DNA from: Alphaproteobacteria bacterium
Lineage (GTDB): Bacteria > Pseudomonadota > Alphaproteobacteria > UBA828
Assembly (NCBI GenBank): GCA_963422645.2
Contig: CAXXVO010000018.1
Location: 1-64,000, forward strand
DNA length: 64,000 bases
Direction of reading: 5' to 3'
Part shown: one piece after another, positions 54,367 to 64,000 of the stretch
How positions within the stretch are numbered: position 1 is the first letter of the stretch
How the letters are laid out: every line of letters begins with the position of its first letter
The notes under the pieces: model-generated
The model's database searches: none
What the model saw: the letters and a program-made list of their open reading frames with translations, nothing else
What the model was told of the DNA's origin: nothing
Translations under genes and position numbers: made by a program

Positions 54367-55809
54367 CTACTGAATCAGTTCCGGGATTCGAGACGCGCGC
54401 GGCGCCCGCGCGACGGCGGGGCGCTCGCAGGCTTGAAACTCTCCGTGCCCGGCCTCTGCGCAGAGCGCGCCATCGCGCCACACCGGCCGACCGCGCGACA
54501 GCGTGATGCCAGGCCAAGCCCCGAGAGTCATCCCTTCGTAAGGCGTGTAGTCGCAGTCATGGTGCAGCCGATCGTTGGTGACGGTGACGGGCGTATCGGT
54601 GTCCCAGATCACCAGGTCGGCGTCGGCGCCGATCGCGATCGCGCCCTTGCGCGGGTAGAGCCCGTATAGCTTGGCGACGTTCGTCGACGTCATCCGGACG
54701 AACTGGTTGACGTCGATCCGGCCCTTGAGCACGCCCTCGGAGAACAGCAGCGGCATCCGCGTCTCCACGCCGGGGACGCCGTTCGGCACCTTGTGAAAGC
54801 CTGCGCTCGTTCCGGCGATCTGCTTGCCCTTGGGGTCCGCGTACCGGAAGGGCGAGTGATCAGAGGAGACGATGTCGAAGACGCCGCGTGCGAGCGCAGC
54901 CCAGATCGCCTCCTGGTCGTCGGCGCCGCGGGGCGGCGGCGTGCAGATGAACTTCGCCCCCTCGAAGCCCTCGACGTCGTAGGCATCCTCGGTCAGCAGC
55001 AGATACTGGGGGCAGGTCTCGGCATGGATCGCGAGGCCTCTGGCACGGGCCCAGTCGATCTGCTCCACTACCTCGCGCGCGGACACGTGCACGAGGACGA
55101 TGGGCACGCCCACGAGCTCGGACATGGACATGGCGCGGTGCGTGGCCTCGCGCTCGCCGATCACGGGATGCGCCTTGGTGTGGTACTTGGGCGCGGTGAG
55201 GCCCTTGTCCACCAGCCGCTCGGTCAACCACTCGATGAACTCGCTATTCTCGGCGTGCACCATGCTGATCGCCTGCTCCCGACGCATCGCGGTCAGCACG
55301 TCGAGCACCTGGCGGTCGGTGAGCTGCAGGCCTTCGTAGGTCATGTAGAGCTTGTAGGAGGTGTAGCCCTCACGTACGAGCGAGGGCAGCTCCTGGTTCA
55401 GCACCTGCGCGGTGGGATCGGTGATAATGGCGTGGAAAGCGTAGTCGATGAAGCAGCGCCCCTCGGCGCTCTCGCGGTAATCGGCGAGCACCCGGCTAAG
55501 CGATGCGCCGTGGTCCTGAAAGGCGAAGGGGATGATGGTCGTCGTGCCGCCGCAGGCGGCCGAACGCGAGCCGGTATAGAAGTTGTCGGCGATCTCGGCC
55601 CCGTCGGGCAGGCGCTGCTCCAGATGGATGTGCCCGTCGATACCGCCCGGGGTGATCGTCCGGCCCGCGGCGTCGATCTCCTCGCGTCCCCGGCCGAGGG
55701 AAGCGGCGATGGCCTCGATCCTCCCGGATTGGATGCCGATGTCGCCGTTGAAGACGTCCGCCGCTGTCGCGATCGTCCCGTTGCGGATCACCAGATCGAA
55801 GTCGGTCAC
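54367..55809 (-). CDS. hydA: Dihydropyrimidinase / D-hydantoinase
   Basis: PGGIDGHIH, GGTTT, KLYMTY, HAEN, ETCPQY, SDH. Confidence 0.85.
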   Translation of the reverse strand: MTDFDLVIRNGTIATAADVFNGDIGIQSGRIEAIAASLGRGREEIDAAGRTITPGGIDGHIHLEQRLPDGAEIADNFYTGSRSAACGGTTTIIPFAFQDHGASLSRVLADYRESAEGRCFIDYAFHAIITDPTAQVLNQELPSLVREGYTSYKLYMTYEGLQLTDRQVLDVLTAMRREQAISMVHAENSEFIEWLTERLVDKGLTAPKYHTKAHPVIGEREATHRAMSMSELVGVPIVLVHVSAREVVEQIDWARARGLAIHAETCPQYLLLTEDAYDVEGFEGAKFICTPPPRGADDQEAIWAALARGVFDIVSSDHSPFRYADPKGKQIAGTSAGFHKVPNGVPGVETRMPLLFSEGVLKGRIDVNQFVRMTSTNVAKLYGLYPRKGAIAIGADADLVIWDTDTPVTVTNDRLHHDCDYTPYEGMTLGAWPGITLSRGRPVWRDGALCAEAGHGEFQACERPAVARAPRASRIPELIQ

Positions 55810-55867
55810 AATGCCCTCACCCTGTTTTCTTGCCGCCGTCGATGGTTCGGCGCGCGCCGCGATTGCA

Positions 55868-56740
55868 TCAACCGTGAGCGACCACGCGCCCCGCCTGCGG
55901 CGTCCACTGCAGCAGTCGTCTCGATAGCCGATCGAAGATGGCATAGCTGATCGAGGCGTAGAACACGAAGATCAGCGCCACCACGAACATCCTGTCCAAG
56001 TAGGCGAACTGTTCGGAGTAAATGATCATGTAGCCGAGCCCGGATTGGGCGCCCAGATACTCTGCACCGAGCACCGCGGCCCAGCCGATGCCGAGGCTGA
56101 GCAGGATGGTTCCCCGCATCTCGGGAAAGATCGCCGGCAAGACGACAGTGCGGTAGATCTGCAGGCGCGAGGCGCCGAGCGTGCGGGCGTTGTCGATGTA
56201 GATCTGCGGGACGTTCTTCACCGCATTCACCACGCCGGCGAAGAAGATGACTCCGACGCCGTAGCCCACGAAGGCGATTTTGCCGACGAAGTCGATGCCG
56301 AACCAGAGCTGGAACATCGGCACCATGGCGAGCAGCGGCAGGGTGCGGAGGAGCTGAACCGGCAGGTCGACGATCCGGCGGGTCCACCGCGACCACGACA
56401 CCGCGAGGCCGAGAAGGGAGCCCACGACGCCGCCCATGGCGAGCCCGACGTAGAGCCGCACGATTGTGTCCGCCGAGTGGTCCAGGATGGACAGAAGCGC
56501 GGCGAGGTAGCTCTGCGGTGCGCCCTCGGCGACCGAAGGAACGCCCAAACCGCCCCGCCAATAGTCCGAGAGCGACAGCAGGGTGCGGCTGAACACGATC
56601 TGCCACCCCGGCACCATGGGCTCGCCAGGCACCGCCTCTGCCGTGTAGATCGTCGACAGGATTTGCCAGAGTCCGGCCATCGCGAGCAGGGCCAGGATCG
56701 AGACCCGGCGGCGGCGGAATTGCGCGATCAGCCACTTCAT
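55868..56740 (-). CDS. SsuC/TauC-type ABC permease
   Basis: RTLPLLAMVP, ARTLGAS, GAEYLGAQSGLG. Confidence 0.85.
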   Translation of the reverse strand: MKWLIAQFRRRRVSILALLAMAGLWQILSTIYTAEAVPGEPMVPGWQIVFSRTLLSLSDYWRGGLGVPSVAEGAPQSYLAALLSILDHSADTIVRLYVGLAMGGVVGSLLGLAVSWSRWTRRIVDLPVQLLRTLPLLAMVPMFQLWFGIDFVGKIAFVGYGVGVIFFAGVVNAVKNVPQIYIDNARTLGASRLQIYRTVVLPAIFPEMRGTILLSLGIGWAAVLGAEYLGAQSGLGYMIIYSEQFAYLDRMFVVALIFVFYASISYAIFDRLSRRLLQWTPQAGRVVAHG

Positions 56741-56743
56741 GGG

Positions 56744-57568
56744 TCAGCCTGCGCTCGCCGGCGCGGCGGCGGCGCCTTTCGAGTCTTCCAGTCCGAGGTG
56801 CGCAAGCAGGACATGCTTGTGCTGCACCATGGTGGGCTCCATGAGCCCGTCGGTGGTGCGCGGTCGCGGCGCTTCGACGGCGAGATCGTCGACAATCCGG
56901 CCGCTGTGCATCACCAGGATCCGGTCTGCCAGGATCAACGCCTCGTCCACGTCGTGGGTCACGAAGACGACGGTGCGCCGTTCGTTCGTCCCCGCCTCGG
57001 TCCACAGCGCGAGCAGCACATCGTGCAGGTTGCGTTTGGTGACGTAGTCGACGGCGCCGAAGGGCTCGTCGAGAAGCAGCACGTTCGCGCCGTTGGCGAA
57101 TACGGTGGCGACGGCGACGCGCTTCAGCATGCCGCCCGAGAGCTCGCGCGGCCACGCCCTCGCCACGTGCGAGAGGCCCACGCGCTCCAGGTAGAACTCT
57201 GCGCTCTTGCGCCGCTCGGCCCTGCCGACCCCCCGGCACTTCAGTCCGTACTCGACGTTGTCGATCACGCGCAGCCAGGGAAAGACGCTGTCCTGCTGGA
57301 ACACCATGCCGCGTTCCGGGCCGGGCCGGGTGACGCTCTCCCCTTCCACCTCAAGCGTACCGAACGACGGAAGCATGAGCCCGGCGGTGAGCTTGAGCAG
57401 CGTCGACTTGCCGCAACCGGACGGCCCGACCAGGCAAACGAACTGTCCCCGGTCGATCCGGAACGACACGTCGTCGAGCGCCGTCACCGTCTGCCGGTCC
57501 GCGCGCCGGAAGGTCCTGGACAGGCTACTTGCCACGATGACGCCCCGGCCCTCTGCCCTTCCCGCCAA
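56744..57568 (-). CDS. SsuB/TauB-type ABC ATP-binding protein
   Basis: GPSGCGKS, LSGGMLKR, LDEPFGA, VTHD; TTG start assumed. Confidence 0.85.
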   Translation of the reverse strand: MAGRAEGRGVIVASSLSRTFRRADRQTVTALDDVSFRIDRGQFVCLVGPSGCGKSTLLKLTAGLMLPSFGTLEVEGESVTRPGPERGMVFQQDSVFPWLRVIDNVEYGLKCRGVGRAERRKSAEFYLERVGLSHVARAWPRELSGGMLKRVAVATVFANGANVLLLDEPFGAVDYVTKRNLHDVLLALWTEAGTNERRTVVFVTHDVDEALILADRILVMHSGRIVDDLAVEAPRPRTTDGLMEPTMVQHKHVLLAHLGLEDSKGAAAAPASAG

Positions 57569-57572
57569 TGCA

Positions 57573-58370
57573 TCACCCTCCGCCGGTTCGGGCCTCGACG
57601 CTCCACGCCGAGATGTAGGAGAAGAATCGGGCGGTGAAGGCATCGAAGACAACCGCCAGAATGCCGAGCACGAGAAGAGCCGCGAAGATGCCTTCCATAT
57701 CGATCGAGCCCGCGAGGACCTGGACGATCTTTCCGATGCCCTGCTGCGCGCCGAGCAGCTCGGCGATGGCTTCCAGACCCCAGGCCCCGGCAAGCGCGAT
57801 CCGGATGCCGCCGAGGATCTGCGGTACGGTGCCCCTAATGAGAACGTCCCAGATGACGCGCCTGCGGCTCGCGCCGAGCGTGTAGGCGGCGTCCTCGAAA
57901 ACGGGATCCAGCGTGCTGGCTGCGCGCTGGGCATAGATGTAGAGGATGACGGCGACGTAGATGGACACCAGCAGCACGGCGCTGATCCTGCCGGTGCCGA
58001 ACCAGATCAGGAAGAAGGGCGCCAGGACGAGGATGGGGATTGTCCCCAGCACCAAGAGCACCGGATCGATGACGGAGCGGATGAGATCGAAGCGCGCCGT
58101 CACCAAGCCGCAGACGGTCCCGACAGTGGCCCCGAGGACGACCGCGATCAGGACATTCCCGGTCGTGTAGAGCATGCTGTCGAGAAGGCCCGTTTCGGGC
58201 AGCCCGTAGAAGAGCAGATAGTCCGCGACGACAAAGTCCTCGGCGATGCGCACCGCCACATGCGCCGGATGCGGCAGCGAGATGAGCGGGAGGGCCAGCG
58301 TCAGCAACTGCCAGACGGCCACCAGGAGCACGAGGCCGATCAGGCCCAGGACGTCAAATCGTCTCGCCAT
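57573..58370 (-). CDS. SsuC/TauC-type ABC permease
   Basis: IPILVLAPFFLIWFG, AAYTLGAS, AELLGAQQGIG. Confidence 0.82.
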   Translation of the reverse strand: MARRFDVLGLIGLVLLVAVWQLLTLALPLISLPHPAHVAVRIAEDFVVADYLLFYGLPETGLLDSMLYTTGNVLIAVVLGATVGTVCGLVTARFDLIRSVIDPVLLVLGTIPILVLAPFFLIWFGTGRISAVLLVSIYVAVILYIYAQRAASTLDPVFEDAAYTLGASRRRVIWDVLIRGTVPQILGGIRIALAGAWGLEAIAELLGAQQGIGKIVQVLAGSIDMEGIFAALLVLGILAVVFDAFTARFFSYISAWSVEARTGGG

Positions 58371-58533
58371 CAGCGCGAGAATACCGGCTGCACGATGCCC
58401 CACTTTGGCGCGTATGCCGCCCGCCTGGCAGCGGACGGCGCAACCGGCGCGCCGGTCATATCTGACGCCGCGCGCCGGCCGGCCCTATTCGCCTTCCTGA
58501 ACCCTTCGTCAGGCGAGGGACGAACGCCCGAGC

Positions 58534-59859
58534 CTATGACGATGCGGCAGTAGCCATGCGATAGGCATCCAGGAAGTTGAACCACTCGAAGTACTGCTTC
58601 GCGCGGTCGAGCAACCCTTGCTTGTCGGCATCGAGGGACTGGCCTTCGAGATCCGCGATCATCGCCGCCGACTTCGCCTGGTAGTCCTTCATCTGCTCCC
58701 AGATTGCAGCCCCCAAGACGAACGTTTCGGCCGTGACCGCATCGGCAGGCAGCAGACCCTTCTCGGCCCAGTCCGCTATGATCGCGGGCCACGCGTTCAA
58801 GTAGTAGAGCAGGCTCGACTCGTCACGGTAGTACTTCTCGTTGTACTCGAACGACGAGTAAGGATGCAGGATGGCGACCGTCTCCTCCACCCCCTTGGCA
58901 TCCAGGTCGGTTCCCGCGACGCTGTTCAGATAGGGCGCCTGGAGCTCGTAGAGCGAGGGATCCTCGTCGACAGCGGCGAGCGTGCGCCACGCCACGGAGA
59001 GAAAGCGCAGGATCGTGTTCTGGTTCTCGTTGATGTAGTTCGAGTTCGACGCGATACCGACGAAGGTCACCAGCTTCTGCATCGGCGAATCCAAGCCGCC
59101 GGGCCCGTAGTTGTAGAGATCGCCGACATCGATGAGGTTGGTCCATCCCGCCTTCATCAGGGTGTAGACGATCGGCGCGCCTTCGGGATTGACGAAGTCG
59201 ATGCGGCCGGCCTTGGCCAGCACGAGCGACTTGGCATCGTCCATCAGGTCGAGGTCCCAGGTCGCGCCCGAGAAAGCGGATACGGCCTCCTCGAAGGGCC
59301 GCTTGCTCAGTACCGGCGATCCGACGAGGGTCTTGCCGTTCATCGGTGCCAACGCGGCGGTGATGGCCTCCTCGAAGCCTATGCCCTCGGCGATGTAGTC
59401 CTTGAAGCTCTTCAGCCCGAGTTCCGGGTTGGCCAGGAGCGCGGTGCCGAGGAAGTTGTCGGTGAACGCGACGCACTTCAGCGTGTTCGCGCTTTTGTAG
59501 GTCGGCAGCATCAACGGGCAGTACTGACTCGAAATGTCGAGCTGGCCGTTGAGGAGCAGCGCGTTGACGTTGGTGTCGGTGACCTTCAGGCCGAGCTCTT
59601 CCGGCCCGATCGTGATGCCGGCGTCCGCGAACCAACCCTTCTTCATGGCGATGACGTAGAAGGTGTTGTCGGCATAGGGACGCATGCCGAAGTTGACCTC
59701 CGCCGTCGGAATGTCGGTTCCGGGTTCGGGTGGGGCCGGCGTATAGACGTCGGCCGCAGTCGCGGATGGCGACCCGGTCGTAAGCAATAGCGCCAATGCG
59801 CCGGCGAATGCCGCAGCGACGCCTGCGGAGCGTTTTGTATGTCTCAATTGTTGGATCAT
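58534..59859 (-). CDS. ABC substrate-binding protein (SsuA/THI5-like)
   Basis: Signal peptide, IAMKKGWFADAG, LLNGQLDI; first gene of the operon. Confidence 0.75.
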   Translation of the reverse strand: MIQQLRHTKRSAGVAAAFAGALALLLTTGSPSATAADVYTPAPPEPGTDIPTAEVNFGMRPYADNTFYVIAMKKGWFADAGITIGPEELGLKVTDTNVNALLLNGQLDISSQYCPLMLPTYKSANTLKCVAFTDNFLGTALLANPELGLKSFKDYIAEGIGFEEAITAALAPMNGKTLVGSPVLSKRPFEEAVSAFSGATWDLDLMDDAKSLVLAKAGRIDFVNPEGAPIVYTLMKAGWTNLIDVGDLYNYGPGGLDSPMQKLVTFVGIASNSNYINENQNTILRFLSVAWRTLAAVDEDPSLYELQAPYLNSVAGTDLDAKGVEETVAILHPYSSFEYNEKYYRDESSLLYYLNAWPAIIADWAEKGLLPADAVTAETFVLGAAIWEQMKDYQAKSAAMIADLEGQSLDADKQGLLDRAKQYFEWFNFLDAYRMATAASS

Positions 59860-60092
59860 TTCTCCCCCTCCCCTGGGTGACGAGTCGATGGCGTCCGTAA
59901 CGGGTCGGGTGTTCTCGGCCCGCTTCGCAGCAAGGCATCGAATATTATTCGTAACTACCCAGGTACCCCAATCCTGAGTTGAGGACGGTGATTATGGCGG
60001 CGGCCGCGGCCTGGTTCTGCCACCGCGATTGGTTCTTGACCTCATAGAGTTGCGGGACTATGGACTGCTCTCTCGCGTGACGGGAGCGGTCC

Positions 60093-60758
60093 ATGGGGTA
60101 TTTCGGCTCGAAGGCGACAGCAGGTCTGTGCCAAGCGCTGATTGCGCTGATGCCGCCGCACTCCGTCTACATCGAAAGCCACCTTGGGGGCGGGGCGCTG
60201 ACGAAGCGCAAGCCGCCGGCCGTGCGTTCGATCGGCATCGACCGCGATGCGCAGGCGCTCGAGGCCTTCGTCTGCGACTACCCGGTCGATCTGGTTCACG
60301 GCTGTGCCCATGACTTCCTGGCCTCGTTCCCGTTCCTGGGCCCGGAGCTGGTTTACAGCGATCCGCCCTATCTGCACGCGACCCGCCGCTCGGCGCAGCG
60401 CTACCGCTTCGAGTACGAGGAGGCCGGCCACGTCGCGCTTCTCGCGCTGCTCAAGGCTCTGCCCTGCCAGGTCATGATCTCGGGCCATCCGTCGGCGCTC
60501 TATGACGAGGTGCTGGCGGGATGGCGCCGGCTGGCGCTGCAGGTCACGACCCAGGGTCTGGTGCGAACCGAGGTCGTCTGGTTCAACTACGCCCCCGACC
60601 GGATGCATTGGGCCAGCCACGCAGGCCGGAACTTCACCGACCGCCAGCGCATCAAGCGCAAGGCAGCCAACTGGGGCCGGCGCTACCAGGCCTTGCCGCC
60701 GGGCGAACGCCTCGCCGTGCTCGCCGCCATGATGGCCGTCGAGGCCGAAGACACGTGA
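60093..60758 (+). CDS. Dam-like (D12 class) N6-adenine DNA methyltransferase
   Basis: YFGSK, YIESHLGGG SAM-binding motif, YSDPPY catalytic motif, MISG, EVVWFNY. Confidence 0.85.
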   Translation: MGYFGSKATAGLCQALIALMPPHSVYIESHLGGGALTKRKPPAVRSIGIDRDAQALEAFVCDYPVDLVHGCAHDFLASFPFLGPELVYSDPPYLHATRRSAQRYRFEYEEAGHVALLALLKALPCQVMISGHPSALYDEVLAGWRRLALQVTTQGLVRTEVVWFNYAPDRMHWASHAGRNFTDRQRIKRKAANWGRRYQALPPGERLAVLAAMMAVEAEDT

Positions 60759-62296
60759 CGGTGTCGCACTGGCACGAAGACCTCGCCGCCCGTAACGAGG
60801 CCTTCTGCTGCCTGAAGGAGCTTCTCGAGCCATCATCCCTCGCAACCACTGTCGTCGTTGCCGTCCGGGAATGGGGGCAGGGGCTGCTGCGATCAGCCAC
60901 CGCGCTCGCCCGGGAAAATGCCGCACTCGAGCAGGAGAACGCGGCCCTGCGCGAGCGCATCGCCGAACTCGAGCGCAGCGCGGCCCTCAACAGCACCACA
61001 AGCAGCAAGCCCCCCGCCAGCGACGGGCTCAAGAAGAAAAGCGGAGCCCAGAGGCGCACCCAAAGCCAGCGCGGAAAGTCCGGCGGGCCCAGTGGCGGCC
61101 AGCCCGGCCACAAGGGAACCACCCTCGCGCGGAGCGACAGCCCGGACCGTGTCGTCGATCACCACCCCTCCACCTGTTCCGGCTGTGGCGTCGAGCTCTC
61201 GGACGCCGACCGGCAAGGCGCGCCCGCCTGTCGGCAGGTCTTCGACGTACCCGAGCCGCAGCCTCTCGAGGTCACCGAACACCGCGCCCATCGCTGCCTC
61301 TGCGGCGCATGCGGCACGCTGACACGAGCCGCCTTCCCGCCGGGCGTCACCGCCCCGGTCCAGTACGGCCCTCGCATCACCGCTTGGGTGAGTTACCTGC
61401 TGTACGCCCAGTTCGTGCCCGAGAAGCGTCTGGCCGAACTCATGAGCGACATCTTCGCGGTGTCCATCTCCACTGCCACGATCGCCGCCATGGGCCGGCG
61501 CACAGCGCAGCGCTTCGAGGGCTTCCTCGACCATGTCGCCGATCTGATCCGCACGCAGGCGCCGGTCAAGCACCTCGACGAGACCGGCCTGCGTATCGCC
61601 GCCCGTACCCGCTGGCTCCATGTGCTGTGCACCCCGTTGCTCACCGTCCTGCGCATCGGCGAGGGACGCGGCGATGTCGAAAAGAACCTGAAAGGCATCC
61701 TCGTCCACGACGACTTCGCCCCCTACTTCACCATCAAGGGCGTCCGCCACGGCGCCTGCAACGCACATCACCTGCGCGAACTCCAGGCCCTGATCGACAT
61801 CGAGAAGGAGGAATGGGCGGCGAGCATGCACCGCCTGCTTCAGCGCGCTCAGCGCAGGGCCGCCCGCTTCGCCCGTGAGAAAGACCGTCAAGTCCCCGCC
61901 TCCCTGGTGGCCCGCATCTCAAGGGCATGGGACCGTATCCTCGAAGAAGCCATCGCCTTCCATGAGGCCCAACCGCCGCTCCAGATCGCAAAGCGAGGGC
62001 GAAAGAAACGCCGCATCGGCCACAACCTCGCGCGCCGCCTTCAAAAGCATAAGGAGGGCTGCCTGCGCTTCCTCACCGACCTGCGCACGCCGTTCACGAA
62101 TAACGAGGCGGAGCGTGACATCCGTATGAACAAAGTGCATGAGAAGATCTCAGGCGGCTTCCGCTCCCTGCAAGGCGCCTGCAACTTCGCCGGAATGCGC
62201 AGCGTCATCGTCACCGCTCGAAAGCAAGGCTGGAACATCCTGCAAATCCTGGCGCACCCGGAACCGATGCAGCTGATCCCTATACTGCGCTCCTGA
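60755..62296 (+). CDS. IS66 transposase TnpC
   Basis: SSKPPASD, HLDETG, CNAHHLREL, TNNEAERDIR; GTGA overlap with the methyltransferase. Confidence 0.9.
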   Translation: MTVSHWHEDLAARNEAFCCLKELLEPSSLATTVVVAVREWGQGLLRSATALARENAALEQENAALRERIAELERSAALNSTTSSKPPASDGLKKKSGAQRRTQSQRGKSGGPSGGQPGHKGTTLARSDSPDRVVDHHPSTCSGCGVELSDADRQGAPACRQVFDVPEPQPLEVTEHRAHRCLCGACGTLTRAAFPPGVTAPVQYGPRITAWVSYLLYAQFVPEKRLAELMSDIFAVSISTATIAAMGRRTAQRFEGFLDHVADLIRTQAPVKHLDETGLRIAARTRWLHVLCTPLLTVLRIGEGRGDVEKNLKGILVHDDFAPYFTIKGVRHGACNAHHLRELQALIDIEKEEWAASMHRLLQRAQRRAARFAREKDRQVPASLVARISRAWDRILEEAIAFHEAQPPLQIAKRGRKKRRIGHNLARRLQKHKEGCLRFLTDLRTPFTNNEAERDIRMNKVHEKISGGFRSLQGACNFAGMRSVIVTARKQGWNILQILAHPEPMQLIPILRS

Positions 62297-62718
62297 ACTT
62301 CTCCGGCTCATCCTGAGTATCGCTGTCCTCTCATCTTGTTCGCGACGCGGCGTTCATCATCCTCTCGCGCTCAAGAGAGTAGGCACCCCCGCGGCGTGGG
62401 GGCGTTGACGCAAAAGGAACTGGCTTGTTCCATAAGAGAGAGGGGGTACCTGGGCAGTTACTATTATTCTTCTTGGTTGCCGACCTTCGAATGGCGGTGC
62501 GCATGAATCTTGTTTGGCGCCTGAGTGTGTGTCAAGCGCGCGTCCCGAGCACAGACGGCACCCGTCCGACCCAACCATCCAGCAGCGTCTCGCGCAAAGA
62601 TGAAGGTCGCGCCGGAGCCGGCGATACTGTTCGGAGTGGCTGCCGATCCACCTCGACGGGATTGGGGTGCTTTGCGATACTGGCTCTCCGTAGGCTCGAC
62701 TGCCGGGGAGGACGGGAC

Positions 62719-63921
62719 ATCAAGGTCGCGGAGCGCATGGGCGGCCTGCCGCGGATCGGCCTCGACATCATGGGCGATCTCGCCGACGAGCAGGACAGCA
62801 CGGGGGCCAGCGAGCCGTCCTTCCGGCTCGAGAATGCCGACAGCGACATCCCGCCGCCCGAGAACGCCGTCCGGGCGACGCGCGAAACGGTCGGCGAGGA
62901 TGCCTACAACAGCTGGCTGCCGCTGGTCGGCTTGCGGGAGCTGAGGCAGGCGGTCGCGAACAGCATCCGCCGCGATGACGGCCTCGATTACGACTGGTCG
63001 AGCGAAGTCATCATCACGAACGGGGTGCAGGAGGGGCTGCTCTCCACCCTGCTCGCGCTGCTCGACCCGGGCGACGGAGTGATCACGCCGGAGCCTGCCT
63101 ATTCCGGCATCATCAACCGCATTCGCCTCGCCCACGGCGTGCCGCTCTTCGTGCCGCTCCGCGAGGAAAGAGGCTGGCGCCTCGACCTCGACGCGCTCGA
63201 ACGGCAGGGGGCCGAGGCGAGCGCCAAGGCGATCGTCTTCAATGCCACCAACATGCCGACCGGCGTGCTCTACACGCAGGACGAGCTCGACGCCATCGCC
63301 GATCTCGCCAGGCGGCGCGATCTCTGGGTTGTCTATTCCGCGCCGACGTCGCGGCTCACCTTCGATGTCGAGCGCGCGCCCAACATCGCCACGTGGCCCG
63401 GTATGCGGGAGCGGACGATCATCCTCGACGGGGTCTCCAAGGACTTCAACATGACCGCCTGGCGGATCGGCTGGGCGGTGGCCGACAAGGCGGTGATCGA
63501 GCATGTCGGCAAGGCGCACATGTACAACGGGACCCTCACCAGCGCCTTCGCCCAGGCCGGCGTCATCGCCCTGCTGAACGACCATGAAGGCGCCAACGCC
63601 TATCTGCGCCGCTGCGCAGGCATCCTTGCCGAGCGCGGCCGGCTTGCCGCCGACGGTCTCAACGCGATGCCAGGGCTTAGCTGCGTGCCGCCCGAGGGTG
63701 GCTGGTGGTTCCTGCTGGACCATCGCCCGCTGGAAGCCGACGACGCGGCGTTCGCCCACGCCCTGATGGAGCAGGCCAATGTCGCGGTGACGCCCATGGG
63801 CACTTGGGGCCCATCGACCGCGATAGGTCATGTGCGCATCATCTTCGCCAACGAGCCCGTCGAGCGCCTTCGCGAGGCGGTCTCGCGCATAGGCCGGGTG
63901 GCGGCCGGGCTCGCGCGATAG
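62719..63921 (+). CDS. PLP-dependent class I/II aminotransferase; start uncertain (ATC 62719 or ATG 62737)
   Basis: GLRELRQAVA, ITNGVQEG, NMPTG, SKDFNMTAWRIGW. Confidence 0.85.
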   Translation: MKVAERMGGLPRIGLDIMGDLADEQDSTGASEPSFRLENADSDIPPPENAVRATRETVGEDAYNSWLPLVGLRELRQAVANSIRRDDGLDYDWSSEVIITNGVQEGLLSTLLALLDPGDGVITPEPAYSGIINRIRLAHGVPLFVPLREERGWRLDLDALERQGAEASAKAIVFNATNMPTGVLYTQDELDAIADLARRRDLWVVYSAPTSRLTFDVERAPNIATWPGMRERTIILDGVSKDFNMTAWRIGWAVADKAVIEHVGKAHMYNGTLTSAFAQAGVIALLNDHEGANAYLRRCAGILAERGRLAADGLNAMPGLSCVPPEGGWWFLLDHRPLEADDAAFAHALMEQANVAVTPMGTWGPSTAIGHVRIIFANEPVERLREAVSRIGRVAAGLAR

Positions 63922-64000
63922 CCTTTCCCGTTCCCGCAAGACGGTGCTCACCGAAAGAAGCACTGCGGGAATGGCGCCATGTCCGCATGGCACGCGCGCC

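Larger units (their letters stand above)
59951..62461 (+). mobile_element. Intact IS66-family element carrying a DNA methyltransferase
   Basis: Ends GTAACTACCCAGGTACCCC / GGGGTACCTGGGCAGTTAC; 8-bp duplication TATTATTC at 59943-59950 and 62462-62469. Confidence 0.93.

Noticed and set aside
60521-60754. Extended N-terminus of TnpC (591-aa ORF)
   Set aside because: Overlaps the methyltransferase out of frame; the paralogue at 44775 starts at the equivalent GTG.

Overview
GC-rich, probably alphaproteobacterial window (inferred from Lon/ClpX/ClpP/Tig style and a zf-CHCC protein) heavily invaded by mobile DNA. 1-8.5 kb: a C2-sulfonate/taurine catabolic cluster (SauS-like dehydrogenase, SucCD-like CoA ligase, citrate synthase; opposite strand tauA'BC-xsc-pta). 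8.5-17 kb: a truncated IS4 element, then a 7.35-kb TG...CA-ended transposon encoding a DDE integrase (split by an IS1634), an ExeA-type AAA ATPase, an AAA_25 helicase, a candidate origin hairpin and a Toprim primase-like protein. 17-25.8 kb: housekeeping genes (lon, clpX, clpP, tig, tRNA-Leu, tRNA-Ser). 25.8-49 kb: an island after tRNA-Ser with a type III restriction-modification locus and an MNT/HEPN pair. Res is split by a nested IS66 > serine-recombinase element > IS110 stack (the IS110 has a candidate bridge RNA), and mod is split by a hybrid IS66 composite and a second IS. 49-64 kb: a polyamine ABC transporter, DmpA peptidase, dihydropyrimidinase with an ABC transporter, an intact IS66 carrying its own DNA adenine methyltransferase, and a PLP aminotransferase. 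All family assignments come from motif recognition only; no searches were run.
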